Part shown: piece by piece, positions 45,801 through 58,800 of the stretch
Layout: each line of letters opens with the position of its first letter
Position numbering within the stretch: the stretch's first letter is position 1
From: Amoebophrya sp. A120
Lineage: Eukaryota; Protista; Dinoflagellata
Assembly (NCBI GenBank): GCA_905178155.1
Contig: CAJINV010000003.1
Location: 8,786,179 to 8,850,178 of the forward strand
DNA length: 64,000 nucleotides
Direction of reading: 5' to 3'
Position numbers and translations under genes: made by a program
Notes under the pieces: model-generated
What the model saw: only the letters and a program-made list of their open reading frames with translations
What the model was told of the DNA's origin: nothing
The model's database searches: none

Positions 45801-48800
45801 TGCATGGTTCGCCTATGCCAAGACTCTAACGGCATCTTCAAACTAGGACAGCAATTATGTTTTTGTATGTTTCGCAAAAATGCCTTGCGATGCAAGCATT
45901 TACATCAGCCGCACCAGGCTTAGGGGCAAGGCGCTTTTCACTTTGATGCCTCGTAGTTGACAACGATTGGAATTTTTGCTTTGAACTCGGCCTCATTTTG
46001 GATTTTCGTCGGGGAATATCCAAGAAAAAAGCGGTGCTATTGCCGGAAGCGCAGGAAAGTGACATCATGATCACTGCCCTTCTCGTTGTCGTTCTCGTAC
46101 CCTGAGCATATTTTTAGTCACATGATTCATTGGCTAAGCTTTTTGTAAAACTACAAGCATGCACTTTTCAGTGAGAACAATGCAAGCGAATACACCATGC
46201 ATAGTTATTCATAGCTAGCACGTGAATCACAATGATATGCTAGCTATCGTTATGCATGCTGGTCACCGGAATCCGAATCACTGTCGCACAGCGTTCCTCC
46301 ACGCCGAGACACTGGACCCCAACATGATGTGCTGCTCCTGTATAACAGTTTTGTACAACTAACACACGTTTTTTCTTGCATAGAGCAAACTCCACCACGA
46401 TCGCGTGAAACGAGTGGGGGTAAATGCAGCCTCGTTTGGGGTAGCAGCTGAATGGTGTTTCCTCGCCGAGGTTTTCTCCGAGCGCCGGTAGGATCCGATA
46501 CACCATCTTCGTGTCCCCACAGTTCTTGATCAAGAAGACATGGTAGCTCCCTGAAAAGATATTTGTATTTCTATGTAGCGAAGCTTGAGGTGCTTGATGT
46601 GGTTGTGGAGCAGATGATCCATTACTAATCACTGCCCTCCTCAATAAAATTACAAAAAAATACTGTCTGCAACAAAAGTCTTCGAGCCGTCAACATAGCT
46701 TCGAATCCAAGTATGCACAAGGCCAGATCATTGGTACGTTGCATGAGCGCGCAGGGCTTCATTCGCACGATGTTGTTGGAGTCCGAGACTTCTACTTGGC
46801 AGTCATCACGATGGTAGCCCATTGTGTGGCCTTGACAGTACAAATTCAGGCAGGTGGGTGGCGTGAATCTTTTCAAATTGACGAGATGAAAGCTTCGGTT
46901 TCGCTTTGGGTACACGTAGCACTCCAGCACTTCGCCGTCAAAGTTCATTTCCTTTCCGGGCCTGTAGGTCACCTGAAACTCCATCTCTCCTCGTGCTGGT
47001 ATCTCGACGCTGTTTGGGTAGACGGAAAAGGTGGCGAGATCCAGTTCCTCAAACTTCGCCACGCTTGTGGCTTGTCGCGTCTCATTCACGATCATCCATA
47101 CGGCGATCACCTTTGATTTGATTTCGATTTTCAATAGATTACGAACCGAAGCTGTAGTTGAAGCACTGAGTATTCAATTCGCGCGCTACAGTGCGCCAAC
47201 AAAGAAAGAACTACTACCCGGCACCTGTACATAGACATGCGAGTTCGCAATGCTGCAGTTCGATTAGTCTCGTCGCCAGTATCTTCTCGAAGCGCGCCTT
47301 TACTACATCCACACAGTTGCAATGCCAAAAATCTCGAAAATGCTAGTACCTTCTGACTCGTGTTATTTGTGACGGTTACTGTGCGGACTCCGGGCTGACC
47401 GAAGAAGTCAAGCTCGTCGGGGGTGAGACAAACGTCCTTCGGAGGGTAGACACACTCCAAAAAGTATGAAAGTAGAAACAGAAAGCCAGTTGTCATCTAT
47501 TAATTTATCATGGTGTATCATTTGCTCGGGTTTGCTGCGGATGCGCTTGTGCGCCATTGGTTTCTTCCCAGAGCAAACGCAAGGCGTGCTAGGGCTAGTG
47601 CTTATCACATAAAAAAGTTTTTACCTCAGTCTATACACATGCAGGCCTTTTATCTACCGCGAAAATGTAGATCCATATCTACATGGCGCTAGATCATTCA
47701 CCAAGACAATGAGACACCAAGTAAAATAACTGACTGCAATTTTCGCGTCTTTCGCTTTGATAGGAAGCTTTGTACGTTCGAAATCTCTGGGCGTTTGAGC
47801 GTCGCCGGAAAAACTCGCTCTAGGAAGTTATGGTACGTTTTCTTGGGGGATACCGAACGCACCGGACTGCCATGATCACCTGCGTTGGCATATTTTTTTT
47901 CTCATATCTTCTATAGGGTTATCAATCACGATGGCGGCATCTTCATCGTCATCTCTCTCTTCTTGCAGTTACAACATGATAATCTGTGAGCAATATTATG
48001 CAGTAGGTACTAGTGAAGGCAGTGCGAAGCTTTTGTCTGGCACAGCCACAGCCACATCAGACAAGACAAGACTCCGACTCGGGCATTGAAATACAAAAAT
48101 AGCCGCGGTTTTTGATTACGCAGACCCGCCGCGGGGAGTAGGTGTATGTGAAATATCATTCTGCATAGTGTGGCTGGCAATCAAAATCGGAGTCGCGGCC
48201 TAAACTCACATACTGAAATGGAAACTTGAACCTTCGGAATTGAAAGAAAAAAGACTATTCCCCAAGCTACGATCCTCCCGACCCCTCCATCTGGGCCTGT
48301 GCACTGAAGGCCCGAATGCGGTCCCACACCTGGGGCATTGACTCTGCGTTTTCGTTTTGGGCTGGCCTCAAGAAAGGGACGACACTTTAGCTGACTCACA
48401 TGTTCTTTGCGTCATTGAGCCACGCAAGAAGTGGCTCGGGTGTGTTTTACACGGAAGCCGCCCCAGCCGATGGTAGACTAGACCCCGCAGGAGCTTCTTT
48501 TTTGTCTAAGAAGGTGGTCGAGTAACACTACCTACCGCGAACACAAAAAGCATAAGCTGCAAAAATACCATCGTGCTCTTCCTTCCCGGGAGTTCCTTTG
48601 GAGAAAGGCGTCACACCTCCGGCAAGTGATGGCGCGTCGGGGGAAGCGTCGTCTGAGCGTGTTGGTGAGTTTGGTCTTGAGTCGTACTCCGGATAACCCT
48701 GCAGCCGCATGCGATGCCACTGCGTGACATTATCGATCTGTAGCACAGCGGGTCGCTGCGCATCCGTGTACCCGGTCCCAATCAGGTCGACGGGTACTGC

Positions 48801-51470
48801 TTCTAGAGGGCCGTTCTTAAAGACACAGTAGAACCTGTGATGCAGGGGGAGACCTTCTCGGTTGTGTTGCCGCACTGCAAGCGGAAGCTCCGCCAAACCA
48901 AACTGATACTGAACTAAACTGAAAGCTGCATCAAATACAAGTGCTGAAGATTTTCATCGGCTTCTTGTTTCTCAACATTGGAAACCTGAAGACAACAACG
49001 CATCTTCAAGAAGACAAAATGCAGAGCATGCACACGCCCACCTGGACGCGCGTTTGCGTTGTCTATAAGAAAAAAGTAAAGGAAAATGTAACTTTTTTTA
49101 GTTACATATGTTACCTTTTGTAGTAGTTGATGGGGGCCATGGGTGTGAAGTAGATGTGAATGAGGACGTAGCCGTGCGGCGCCAAGGTGCCGGATGGCTT
49201 GTCGAATGTGAAAACGTTGTATAGCTGGGAGCTGTTCACGAAGTGGTAGTGGACCTTCAGCGGGGACCTATTGTCTAGCCTCAGAATCTTCACACCTGAA
49301 TATATTTTTTACTCACATCTACGTCAAGTGCACGACAACCGTAGGCAGCGCAGTCTGCGTCCTATCCTGTGTTTCCCGGCACAACTTCAACTTCTACTTC
49401 ATGTTGTGGTATCTACACACATATAATTTTTGCGTCGGGTTCGGGTATCGCAGTAAAGAAAATCGCTCGTTATCATGCTTCTCAACCTGAAACTATATAA
49501 TAATTGATAAATATGTAGCTTTACCCGGATCCTTTCCCTGCTGCTTCAGCATTGCCCGCTCATACACCCGTGCGGGATCCTGCGAGCAGTCGAGTTCACC
49601 AAAGTTCAAGCTCTTGGCGGAGAAGTCGACGGTGGGGCTGACACAACTTCCTGTCACGGAGACTCGTAAGGGCGCCCCGCCCGGGGACACGATTTCGAAG
49701 TCTCGCGCAACGGCCTCCCCGACGACAGCGGACGAAAATTTGAACTCCACCTCTCCCTTCTCGCCGGGCTCGATGCTGCCGCTTTCCGGAAAATACTGCA
49801 GCGCGCAAGGGTGGAGGGGCGGTATTTCGTCCTGCACCGGCCGTAGCACGTAGTTGGCCCGTACGAGAGAAACGTTCTGTATCTGCAGCGCGACTCGAGT
49901 TGACTGGCTCGGAAGCACGGGCGGCAAATCGACGAGCGTCGTCGTGTTGTCCGCGGGTGGAGGTATTCTTCGGATACCGGCTGCCTGCTCCGCGGAGGTG
50001 TTTGGCATGACAGCTACTAGGTGCGGCACCTTCCCAGCGCCGATCACCCGGAGTTCATAAAACTTTACGTCTTCGACTGCCTCGTCAGTGTGTGGTGGCA
50101 TGTGGGCGCTGTCCAACTCTGGAGCCCCCTCGGTGGAACTGGATCCGACGGCGGCGGATATTTTTACGCGAAGGATACCCTCGTACGTTTTGGCCTGTGG
50201 TGGGTGAAACTCGATTTCCACCTCCATCATACCGTTTACTGGTATGGTGCCGCTGAGGTTCCGGGGCATCAGAAACGGCGCCCCGCAGCCCCACTCGTAG
50301 CAGAGCGGAAGCGACCCCGTGTTGTGCATCGGCAATGCAATCACTACAACTTCCTGCACCGCCCCATAACCAAAGTCGACAAATGGCGGAATAGACAACG
50401 CGAGCTCCGTAACGACTGCCTTCAGCAGGATGGAAAATTGACCTTAGACGAGATTTTAGCACCATGAAGATGAAGATGATAAGACTCATGCGCTCGCTTC
50501 CTTTCTTTATTGCTAGCTAAGTAGATCATCGACATCAAGCTGAGCCTGAGTCGAAGTCGTCCACTTCCAACATTGAATTTCAAGCCACGCGAGCACGTGT
50601 GGCGCATCTGTCTTCTCGTGGTCCTTGTCGATTGCGTATGAATGTGACTATGACTATTTTCCTTGTCCTCCTTAATGCAGCTTCTACGCTATTAACGATC
50701 AGCATCAGTCTTCGTTTTCTATTTCCTGTAGATAGTCAGTGATCAGAGTGAGGCATGTTGTGTACTTATAATCATGCTCTCGACGCACTAGCAACATGAC
50801 TACCTCCGATCCACCAGCATGTGAAAAATGGAAGCACTTGCAGTCCGTACGTTGAATAAAAAAGGTGTACCTGTTGGAGTTTTTACGGTGACGTAGTCCA
50901 GATGGGGCTCGTATATGATTGGTCGAAAGAAGAGGCGGATGGTGACGCTGGTGCCGGGTGCAAGCGCCCATCCTTTCGGATAATCAAGCTGGAACGCCTC
51001 GTTCTTCGGAAGTTCGTAGTTCAGTTTTTGTGTCGTCTGTGGTTGTTGTGATTCGATAAACTGAATCAACATGGGAGATAAAATTGGATTGAAAAACAAT
51101 GCCTGGATACGTATTGCAGCCTAATTCCTAATACACGAAGACAACATCAACCCCTTGCTCGCGTCTTTTGGCGCGCGAGTTACTGTCTGACTGCGAAGAA
51201 TTGCAACTCTCCTTAAAAAAGTAACAAGTAGTTTGAGTTTGTTCGTCTACATCGACCACTTACCAGGGACACATTTTTGATTGTGATGGTCTTCTGCACT
51301 TCTTTTCCTATCTGCCAGCCGGATATCAGGATGGAATCTGCACAATCGAGTCCGAAGATGCTGACCCTTTCTTCCCGTTTCAATTGTCCTTTCGTCTTCG
51401 CGACCCGGTTCACCCCCGGTGCAGGTGCACCGGCGTTGAGGTTGGTAGCTACCGGGGCTGTCGTCGGCAT
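36862..51470 (-). CDS. CFAP65: Cilia- and flagella-associated protein 65-like (repeated ASH/MSP Ig-like domains), more than 20 exons; a few junctions unresolved
   Basis: Exons encode FGLDCADSILISGWQIGKEVQKTITIKNVSLTTQKLNYELP, LAPGTSVTIRLFFRP, INYYKRFYCVF...VDLIGTG, FTPPTCLNLYCQGHT, LNFGTAP...VVYLVLTNP and VGTHILPFVLTVLRGK, typical of the CFAP65 family. Mix of GT-AG introns (e.g. 51037-51263, 50443-50870, 48835-49114, 47111-47349, 46551-46737, 45191-45426, 44171-44408, 42369-42661, 39640-39925, 38639-39201) and TIR introns. Confidence 0.85.
40145..40693. mobile_element. TIR introner (CFAP65)
   Basis: TACGGACGCGCAAGATGGGAAAC / TATGGAGTCGCCAGCGATGGGAAAC; DR TCTCG/CACCG; joins AALS-CEAVDFG. Confidence 0.85.
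40921..41253. mobile_element. TIR/DR introner (CFAP65)
   Basis: TATGCCCTGAAAATTTACCATCCCCAT / TATTCCGAGAAAACTTACCACCTCCAT; DR ACGCC/GCGCC; joins FLHA-YFTPIE. Confidence 0.88.
41586..42074. mobile_element. Introner with weak TIR and perfect DR (CFAP65)
   Basis: TAT...ATA ends; DR TCAGC; joins QHFS-VGTHILP. Confidence 0.8.
44567..44980. mobile_element. TIR introner (CFAP65)
   Basis: TATGGAAGTGTCAGG / TATGGATGTGTCAGG; DR ACAAG/GAGAG; joins DDDK-RVFAIQ in frame. Confidence 0.85.
45551..45948. mobile_element. TIR introner also readable as GC-AG (CFAP65)
   Basis: CATCAAAGTGAAAAGCGCC / TATCAAAAGGAATAGCGCC; DR CGAGG/CTAGG; joins VVNYE-ETEYR. Confidence 0.85.
46017..46382. mobile_element. TIR introner (CFAP65)
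   Basis: TATGCAAGAAAAAACG / TATCCAAGAAAAAAGCG; DR TGCTC/TTCCC; joins VVEFA-PTKIQNE. Confidence 0.85.
47465..47762. mobile_element. TIR introner (CFAP65)
   Basis: TATCAAAGCGAAAGAC / TATGAAAGTAGAAACA; DR CTTCC/CTTTT; joins VQSF-LECVYPP. Confidence 0.7.
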
Positions 51471-52820
51471 TCTGATAACAAGCTACGCGGGTTCTGCACT
51501 CTATAACGCGCCCCGTCCGCGGCTGCTTGCCTTGCGCGGCGAAAAAATGGTGCCGGTGGGTAGCGCACCAGAGCCTTCCGCCCTGTCGTTGCGGGGACGG
51601 TTATCGTCGCTCCACTGCTCGGAGGTATCGCCCGCCTCGACCGGTCGTCGCAGTGCCGCTTCAAGATGGAGGAGGTCCTGCTGTTGACAAAAGTCTACAG
51701 GAGCAGCCGACATCTCTCTCGTCTCATCTGCTTTCGTTGCTTTTCTTCCGCCGACCCGTGATTTAGACTGGAGGGCGCCCAGACTTCGTTTCGAATGTGA
51801 AGCTCGCTCGCTCTGATGTTCCTCGGTCTTGTTGCCTCGATATCCTCAAGAACATGGAGGGCCCAATTTTACTCATCAAAATCTTCATACATCAGTCAAC
51901 CTCAATCTACAACCTGTGGAATGTTTCTTCAGAAGTTCTACACGAGCAAAAACTTGCAGCGAATTCGTTCACATAGAAGCGCGAATCCGCGCGAAAGCGA
52001 AGACCAGATTATAGCACTGGGTGGCCTTTTGTTTTTGATCTCCGAGTGCAACATGAATTTCGCTCACGACGTCAAGGCACGAGTACGATTGTCACAAAAC
52101 TGCAGCTCTGACAAGTGGAAAATCTCGTCACGCTCACGATAAAGCGCGCGAGTGGTGTGCACCAGGCCCGGCTTTTCCTCACGCTGAGATGATACCGCAC
52201 CCGCCCAGGGTGTGGGAAGCCCACCTGGCAAGAGGAAGAGCAACCCGCTCATCTTCCGGAGACCTTGTATATTAAGATCAAGAAGCCGCCGAGATGCTCT
52301 CGGACCAGTTACTCGCTCGCATCTCAAGGATCTTGGGACGCGATGCGCGCAGGGTCGCTCATCTTCTCATCTTCTGCGACTGCGCGTGCGCCTCGAGTGT
52401 GTATGTAGTTTTGTCTGTCTCCAACTTTATTTGCCAGGCAGAGAGGGTGAGGGACGACCTCTTCGATACTACAACTACTAGTATTCAAGGATTATAAATA
52501 TCACTCAAGCCTAGCCCTCATGACCACGCTCATCGAGTTTCATCACTGCGAATCAGACCTCTCAGGCATATCGCCCTGTCTCGAAAAGCTACAAGCCACC
52601 TCCTGATGATCAATCGTGGATTCATAAGTAGACAAGCAACAAAACATGTACAGAGGTAGGCGCTGGCTAGAAGCGGCATTAGACATGATGTCCTGCTTGC
52701 TGAGTCTCATGGACAAAACGTAAACGAAATTGCGTTCGGGGTCGTGACCGCGACGGACGATGAACAGAAGCTTCGCTCCCGCCGGCGTCTCATGCAATTT
52801 TCTTTTTCCTTGCACTTTAC

Positions 52821-55800
52821 CGAAATTTTCGTTGTAGTTGAACTACTGCTCCCCGAGCTCGAATCCATCTATTTGCGTACGGTTATGCAGCAGCTCTGTG
52901 CCGGCGCCTCATCTAGCTTTGTTTTGCTGATGTTTGGTGACGAGAAAATTTTATGGATTTGTCGTCCCTAATGTGCAGCAGGTGGGTGCGGTGGCTCTTG
53001 AAGCTGTTTGGCGTATAAAAATTCTTGTCGTTCTTATGTTTGACTTGCTCTTCTAGCGCGCTCGCATAGTAGTTCTGAGTTTGTTCTTTCACACAACAAC
53101 TCCTGTTCTGCTTGTGTTTTGATGTTACTTTGCCACTGCCGTTCCAGACTTTGAAAAAAATCGTATTGCCTGCGTGCACTCTGAGGCAATTTCTTCTTGA
53201 AATCTTCCTTTGTATCGCGATTGCGATTCGTTTTCCGCTTGGGTTCAGAGTCGCGCTCCCCGGTAACTTTATCTGGCAAGTCTTGCCTGGTCCTCGACCT
53301 TGTTGTGGTGGTACTAGTCTCGTCCTGCAGTTTATTCTTATTTCTTCTGGCGGCCCTGTGCTCGCGTCTGCTTGACAGTTCCTCTAACGTTCGCGAATCC
53401 TGTTCCTCCTGCATATGGTCAAAATTCTCTTGTCGGATTGCGACTCGTGTGGGCCCGTGGCAGACCGCTTTGCCGGAGTTCTGACTTGTTGTCGCCCCTC
53501 CAGCAAAACCGGTGGATGAAGATGATGATGTTGGAGGGGGGTTTGTATTGCTTGCACTTGCAGTTGCTGTGTCGTTCTCGTTTCCATTATGATTATTCAT
53601 ATTTTTTCTTTTTGTCGTAGTGATCATCCCCGTGCTAATCTTTCGAAGGGGAGACGAGGAGTCCAGCTTCGGCCGCTGTCCGGGGCGGAGTTGCTGCGGT
53701 GGTATGTTGCTGTGGGCACAACGTGATCGAGATCCGCGGTTCTCGGTGGGAATGGCTCCTGTAGGTGTCCCGCAGAACTTCGGGCTGCAAAGATCCGGCG
53801 ACTCGTCCTCCGGAGCGAGAGCGCCTATCCTTGACCGTACCGCTGAAAAATGACGACTCGATCGATGCTCACCTTCTGGTCGCGGATCCTGCAGGACAGC
53901 CGGCGCACAGCGGGCTCGCAAGCTCGACTTTTGAGAGCCATGCGAAACGCGTCCACGCGCAATTTCCTCGAAACTGGCTGTGCGTGGCCGCGGCGATTCC
54001 GATTTCAACATATGTAATTGGTCAGCACTAAGAAGATCCACGACGTCCACCGCCCCCTCTCCATCTACTTCTTGATGTGATGGTGCTCTGTGCCGTTGGT
54101 CCGCTTGGCCGCGACTCCTGGGAAGCATTGTCAGAGGTTGATTGCTTTGCTGTGCCGTGACGTGGTCCTTTTTTTTACCGCCAGTATTTGTATTTGTATT
54201 TGTATTTGTTTTCCTTCTACTTTCGAGCTCCAGATCGACAGCGGCAGCAACGTGGTCGTCAAGAGCACGGCTTACAACATTCGAGCGATCGTCTTCGCGG
54301 CCGTGCTGGTAGTAGCAGTTGCGAGGACCACGATCAGTGAATGACGAAAATTCTTCACTAGCGAAAGGAGCGGGCCAGGCTCGCGGGCATGTAGTGGCAG
54401 TGGCACCTGCCAAAAGCGGCTCGTTCAGGTACTCGCCACGTCGTCCCCCCTGCTTGCGCAGTGCTGCAGTGCGGGACTGAGAGTGAGAATCAAGAGTCCA
54501 CTGAAAGGATGAAGCAGATGAGCAGGATGAAGAGGCTGGTGGAGCGGTGTCGTTTCTTCTGCTTGTGTCGATGATTCCAGACAGCAGCAGGTCCGGACTG
54601 CTGAACTTCGACGTCAATCCTGACGAAAGAATCGGCGATGGAAGGCTCATGTGATGCATGCCTTCGCAAAGTGCTGCTTCCGGGCGAGCCAGGTCCTCCT
54701 GGTCTTGGCTGGAGTGAACCGCGAAAAGCTCCCTGCTCGTCTTTCGGCCAGAAGAACAAGCAGTGCTGTAGTCACGGAGAGTCTGTGCGAGTTCCTGCTC
54801 CACAAAATGGAGATCGCGCACCTCGTGCGAGGCGGTCTGCAGCCTTCGCGGAACCACGACACTAGTGACGCCAGAAGTTGTAGCCACCGCGGTGCTGCAG
54901 TGGCAGGCTTGCTGCAAACCAACATCAGTAGACATGTTTTCCTCCTGCGCGGCGGGCGGAGGCGCATGCTGTAGGCGTTTCGTTGCATTTTTTCCGGCAA
55001 CAAAATAAATCTGTGGCGCTTTATTGCTGGAGGTCCGAGGACAACTCGAAGGCTGCTCATGGGTTTGCGGGCCTGACCCACGACGAGGACCGCTTGATGC
55101 GACTTGCGTGTCTGTGTACGAGTACGGGGAGACCGCTCTTTCTTTTTTACAACTTGTCGAGGATTCGACAAACGAACCAGTGCAGCTGGCCTCAGGATCA
55201 CGACGATCATGATTGCAGTCATCTACTAGTACGACCTCATCAATGTCTGCTTCTTGAAATAGGTCGTCCTTTTTCCTCTTTTGCGCCGTCCCTGCGTCTG
55301 GAGTCCGTACTTTCCCAACATCAAACCGTCTTTCGGCATCAAAACCAGCGATCGACCCGGGCGCATTTCGGCCGCTGCGTCCCGTGGTGGTCAAAGGACT
55401 GCAATGCGTCGCTTTGGCGATGGCAGCAGGCTGAACACCTCTAGGGTAGCCTCCGTTTCTTTTCTCATCCCGATCTTCCCCGTGAGGAGGCGGCCCGTTC
55501 GTGGCGGTATCACTTAGTTCCGAGACCCCGACCCGGACCCGCTCATCTACTCCCTCGTCCTCCATATTCTCCGCAGCTGTCCTTGCCATCATCTTTGCTT
55601 GCAACCCAGCAGACCCACGCGACTGCGTTCCTCTTCCTGCAGGTACTTGTAATATTCCATTACCTTCATGATCAAGCTCGTCTCGTGTTTTTTCCTCAAA
55701 CAGACGCTCGAGCAGGTTCGCGCTTCCCGCCACCTTTGCCTTTCCTCGCTGACGCTTCTCTTTCTGCACATGACCAGAGATGGTATCACGCGCCAATGCA

Positions 55801-58800
55801 TCCTGTGCAAAAGTATCTGCATCATCGTAGTCAATTCGCAGTCGTACAAAAAATTGCGATCTTTATCTACCTGCCAAACACAAACCAGCGGTCGTCTACG
55901 TCTATACCTAAATACGAGTAACAGGCTCTGTTATCGTTTTCTTCTTGAGCGATGAAAAGCAAAACAATAAAAGCTGTAGTACTATTGGCATTACAGTTAC
56001 TAGTTGCGCGATGCAGGAGCTTTTGCAATGCATACAACACGAGGGCTTCCTCGGACTGTCCCTTAGCCAGAAACGTCGCCTGGACTTCCTCTCCTTGATT
56101 CGGTGTCACACGTCTGCAGCTCGAAAGTCCGACTGTCGCTCCTGCGGCTGCGAGCTGCTTCTGGCTCACCACAACACTGCAGCTTTTCCTCGTTTGCTCT
56201 GTGCGGCCCCGCCTTCTGTTGAACAGGTCATCTGCTTCTTCTTTCGCCCCTATTGCCCCCGCATCGGATGTTTCATTATTGTTCTTAGCCTGCGGAAAAA
56301 AGCCAGAATTTTTCACGACGACGTTGCCGCCAAGTAGACTCTGACTTGCATGTCCTCGGGCGGAATCACCGCAACCACGAGCTGCTTGCGTTTCCGTTGC
56401 ACCGTTTCCATCTCCAGTGTGCGGCATACCAGAAGAGGGAACAGATCCGAAGGCCATAAGCTGGCTCTGGGTACGACAGGGACTGTAATCTATCGGCGAT
56501 GGCTCGAGATCACTGCACACGGAGGAGGCAGTGGAAGTCGAGCTCGCGCCCTTGATTGAAATCGTGCTGGGGAATGGGTGCGGAGATCCACCGTCGTCTT
56601 CTGCCGTGCTAGGTAGAACCTCGAGCTCTGTCTCTGCGTCAAAAAAGTCCTGATCCACAGTTATAAAGTGTCTGGTCTTGGCTCCGCAGGGACCGTAGTC
56701 GTTTTTCCTAATGTGAGAGTGAGTCTTAGTCTTTGCTTTTGTGTTGTAGTAGTTCTGGGTACGTTCTTCTTCGCACGATGTCAACGAGAACGGAGCAGGG
56801 GCAAGTGTTCCTTGTGGAAGATCTTCACCCGTTCTTTCAGCAGCACACACGTCACGGTCAACACCGCTTCTAGCACTAGAAGCCAGGGGCTTCGCGCACC
56901 AGTTTTCTTGGAAAGGCGCTCGGTAGCGTGCTGGCATCCTCGCTCTCGCAGAAGTGTCGCTTGCAATATTGAAACGCTGCTCGCTTTTGTAGTTTTGCTT
57001 TCGACCGCAAGCGGTTGTGCCTCCCACCATTTTCCCCGCGCGATGAGAGCGAGCGGATCGGGATCCACAAGACTTCACAGCGAGCGCAGTTGTTGGTGCT
57101 GGCTGACAAGACCACTGAGGAGCTTCTCCATTGCACTCGTCTTTTGCCTTTTTCTTCCTCAGGCAAAAGCTATCAAGTTCAAAATGATCATCGCTCCTCG
57201 CACGCCGGTGACGAGCTCGTTGTCTTCGTCCTTCCCTGAATTCATTTCCCATCGCTCCTTGAACAACGCCAACGAGCTCGCGTCTCATCTTCTGCCTGAT
57301 CACCGCACTCCCGCCGCGCGGCTGGCCCAATTTTGCAATCCGTGGCGGATAAACGATCTTCGAAGGACGCTCCTGCAACGCCTTCGCCTGTGCACCAGTA
57401 GTAGAAGAAGAAATCAGATTGATCATGATCTGTTTGCCCTGTGATTGCGCGGCTTCACCCTGGCCTGCTTCTGAAGGCCGCGTTTTATTAGAACCAATGG
57501 ATGACTCTGTCGCTTTCGTGTCTTGGTACTGCAGCGCGGAGGCGAGCACTGTTTCGCTTTCGGTTTCGCCCGCTCGGCTTTGCGGCATGAAAGTGAACGA
57601 TGACGCAGGCGCGCGTTGGATATGGATTGCTGGAGATATTACACCTCCAAGAAGTCCCTCCTCGTTCATATTCTTCTTTGCCTTGTTCAGGACAGTTCGT
57701 ATTCGATAGCTTTTGGGAATTTCCCTCTGCAGGCAGTTCCCTGCAGCTGGCATTGACGAAGCGGAAAAGGCCGCCCCTGGCGGTGGTATTGAGTCGCGGG
57801 CGTCCTCCCTGGTTTGAAGACGCCGCGCTTCAGTTCGGATAGCAATAGGCACTGTTTCACCAATATGACATGTGTGTTGTAGAGACCCGCTCCCACACGA
57901 TGTTTCTGAATTTTTCGGCTCGCAACTTGCCTGGTAACTTTCTTCACTTCCGCCCCCACCCGCCAGGAGCAGCTGACGGATACAGTACTCCCGCGCCTCG
58001 TGCAAGTCCTGCTCGCAACTGGTCGCAGTGACCGAGAGAGTCCTCTTCGCAGGCACTATATTTGACTCTCGCTGCCACGATTGGAGATGCATTTCATCTG
58101 AAAGTTCCTGCAATATTTGGAGCACGGGTCGGGTGAAGGTCACGCCGTGTTGCTCTTCGTTTTGCAAGACAGATACGGTCGTGCTTGCAGCGCTTAGAGG
58201 AAATAAGTGCTGAGGTGGAACGTGAATAGAGGTTGCAGGATCATGAAGATGATGACTGCCGTCTTCGTTTCCTCTTGGAATGTCAGCGGCCCCGGTGTGC
58301 CGGCTGTGAATTATCGGTCCAGGGACGCCGATGTCGCACGATGTTCTGCCCTCTTGCCCATTAATAACCAGGTCGATCTTCTCGTCATATTCCACAATCT
58401 GCTTGTGAATTGATGGCGCACGAGGCATCGTGGCAGAAGTATCTTCACGATTACGACAATCATCAGGACCCGGCACAGAAATTAGATTCATTGTACGAAG
58501 TTCATGTTGATTTTGGGCAATAATCTTCGAGTGGCCGCCCTCGCCCCCTCCGCCACAACTCTTCCCCGTTTTAACGGCTGCATGGGGTGCCTCACGGCGC
58601 GAGGGCGAGCCGCCCGCGGTGGCCCTTTTGCTTCTGGCGCCCGCGGCGTGTGACCCTCCAGTTCCCCGCACCCAGCGGCCCTGCGATATTCCGTTAGCTG
58701 GTGAACAACCTGCACGCGGCGCGGCCATCGGAACGGTGCCGCCGTTCCTCTTCGTGGCATTTTTCGACTTGCGCTTTTCCGCAAATCGCGGTCGAACGGT

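Noticed and set aside
1454-56034. G-U wobble bias at TIR termini as proof of RNA-level pairing
   Set aside because: Four terminal variants are wobble-compatible but five are A-C type mismatches; no clear bias by eye.
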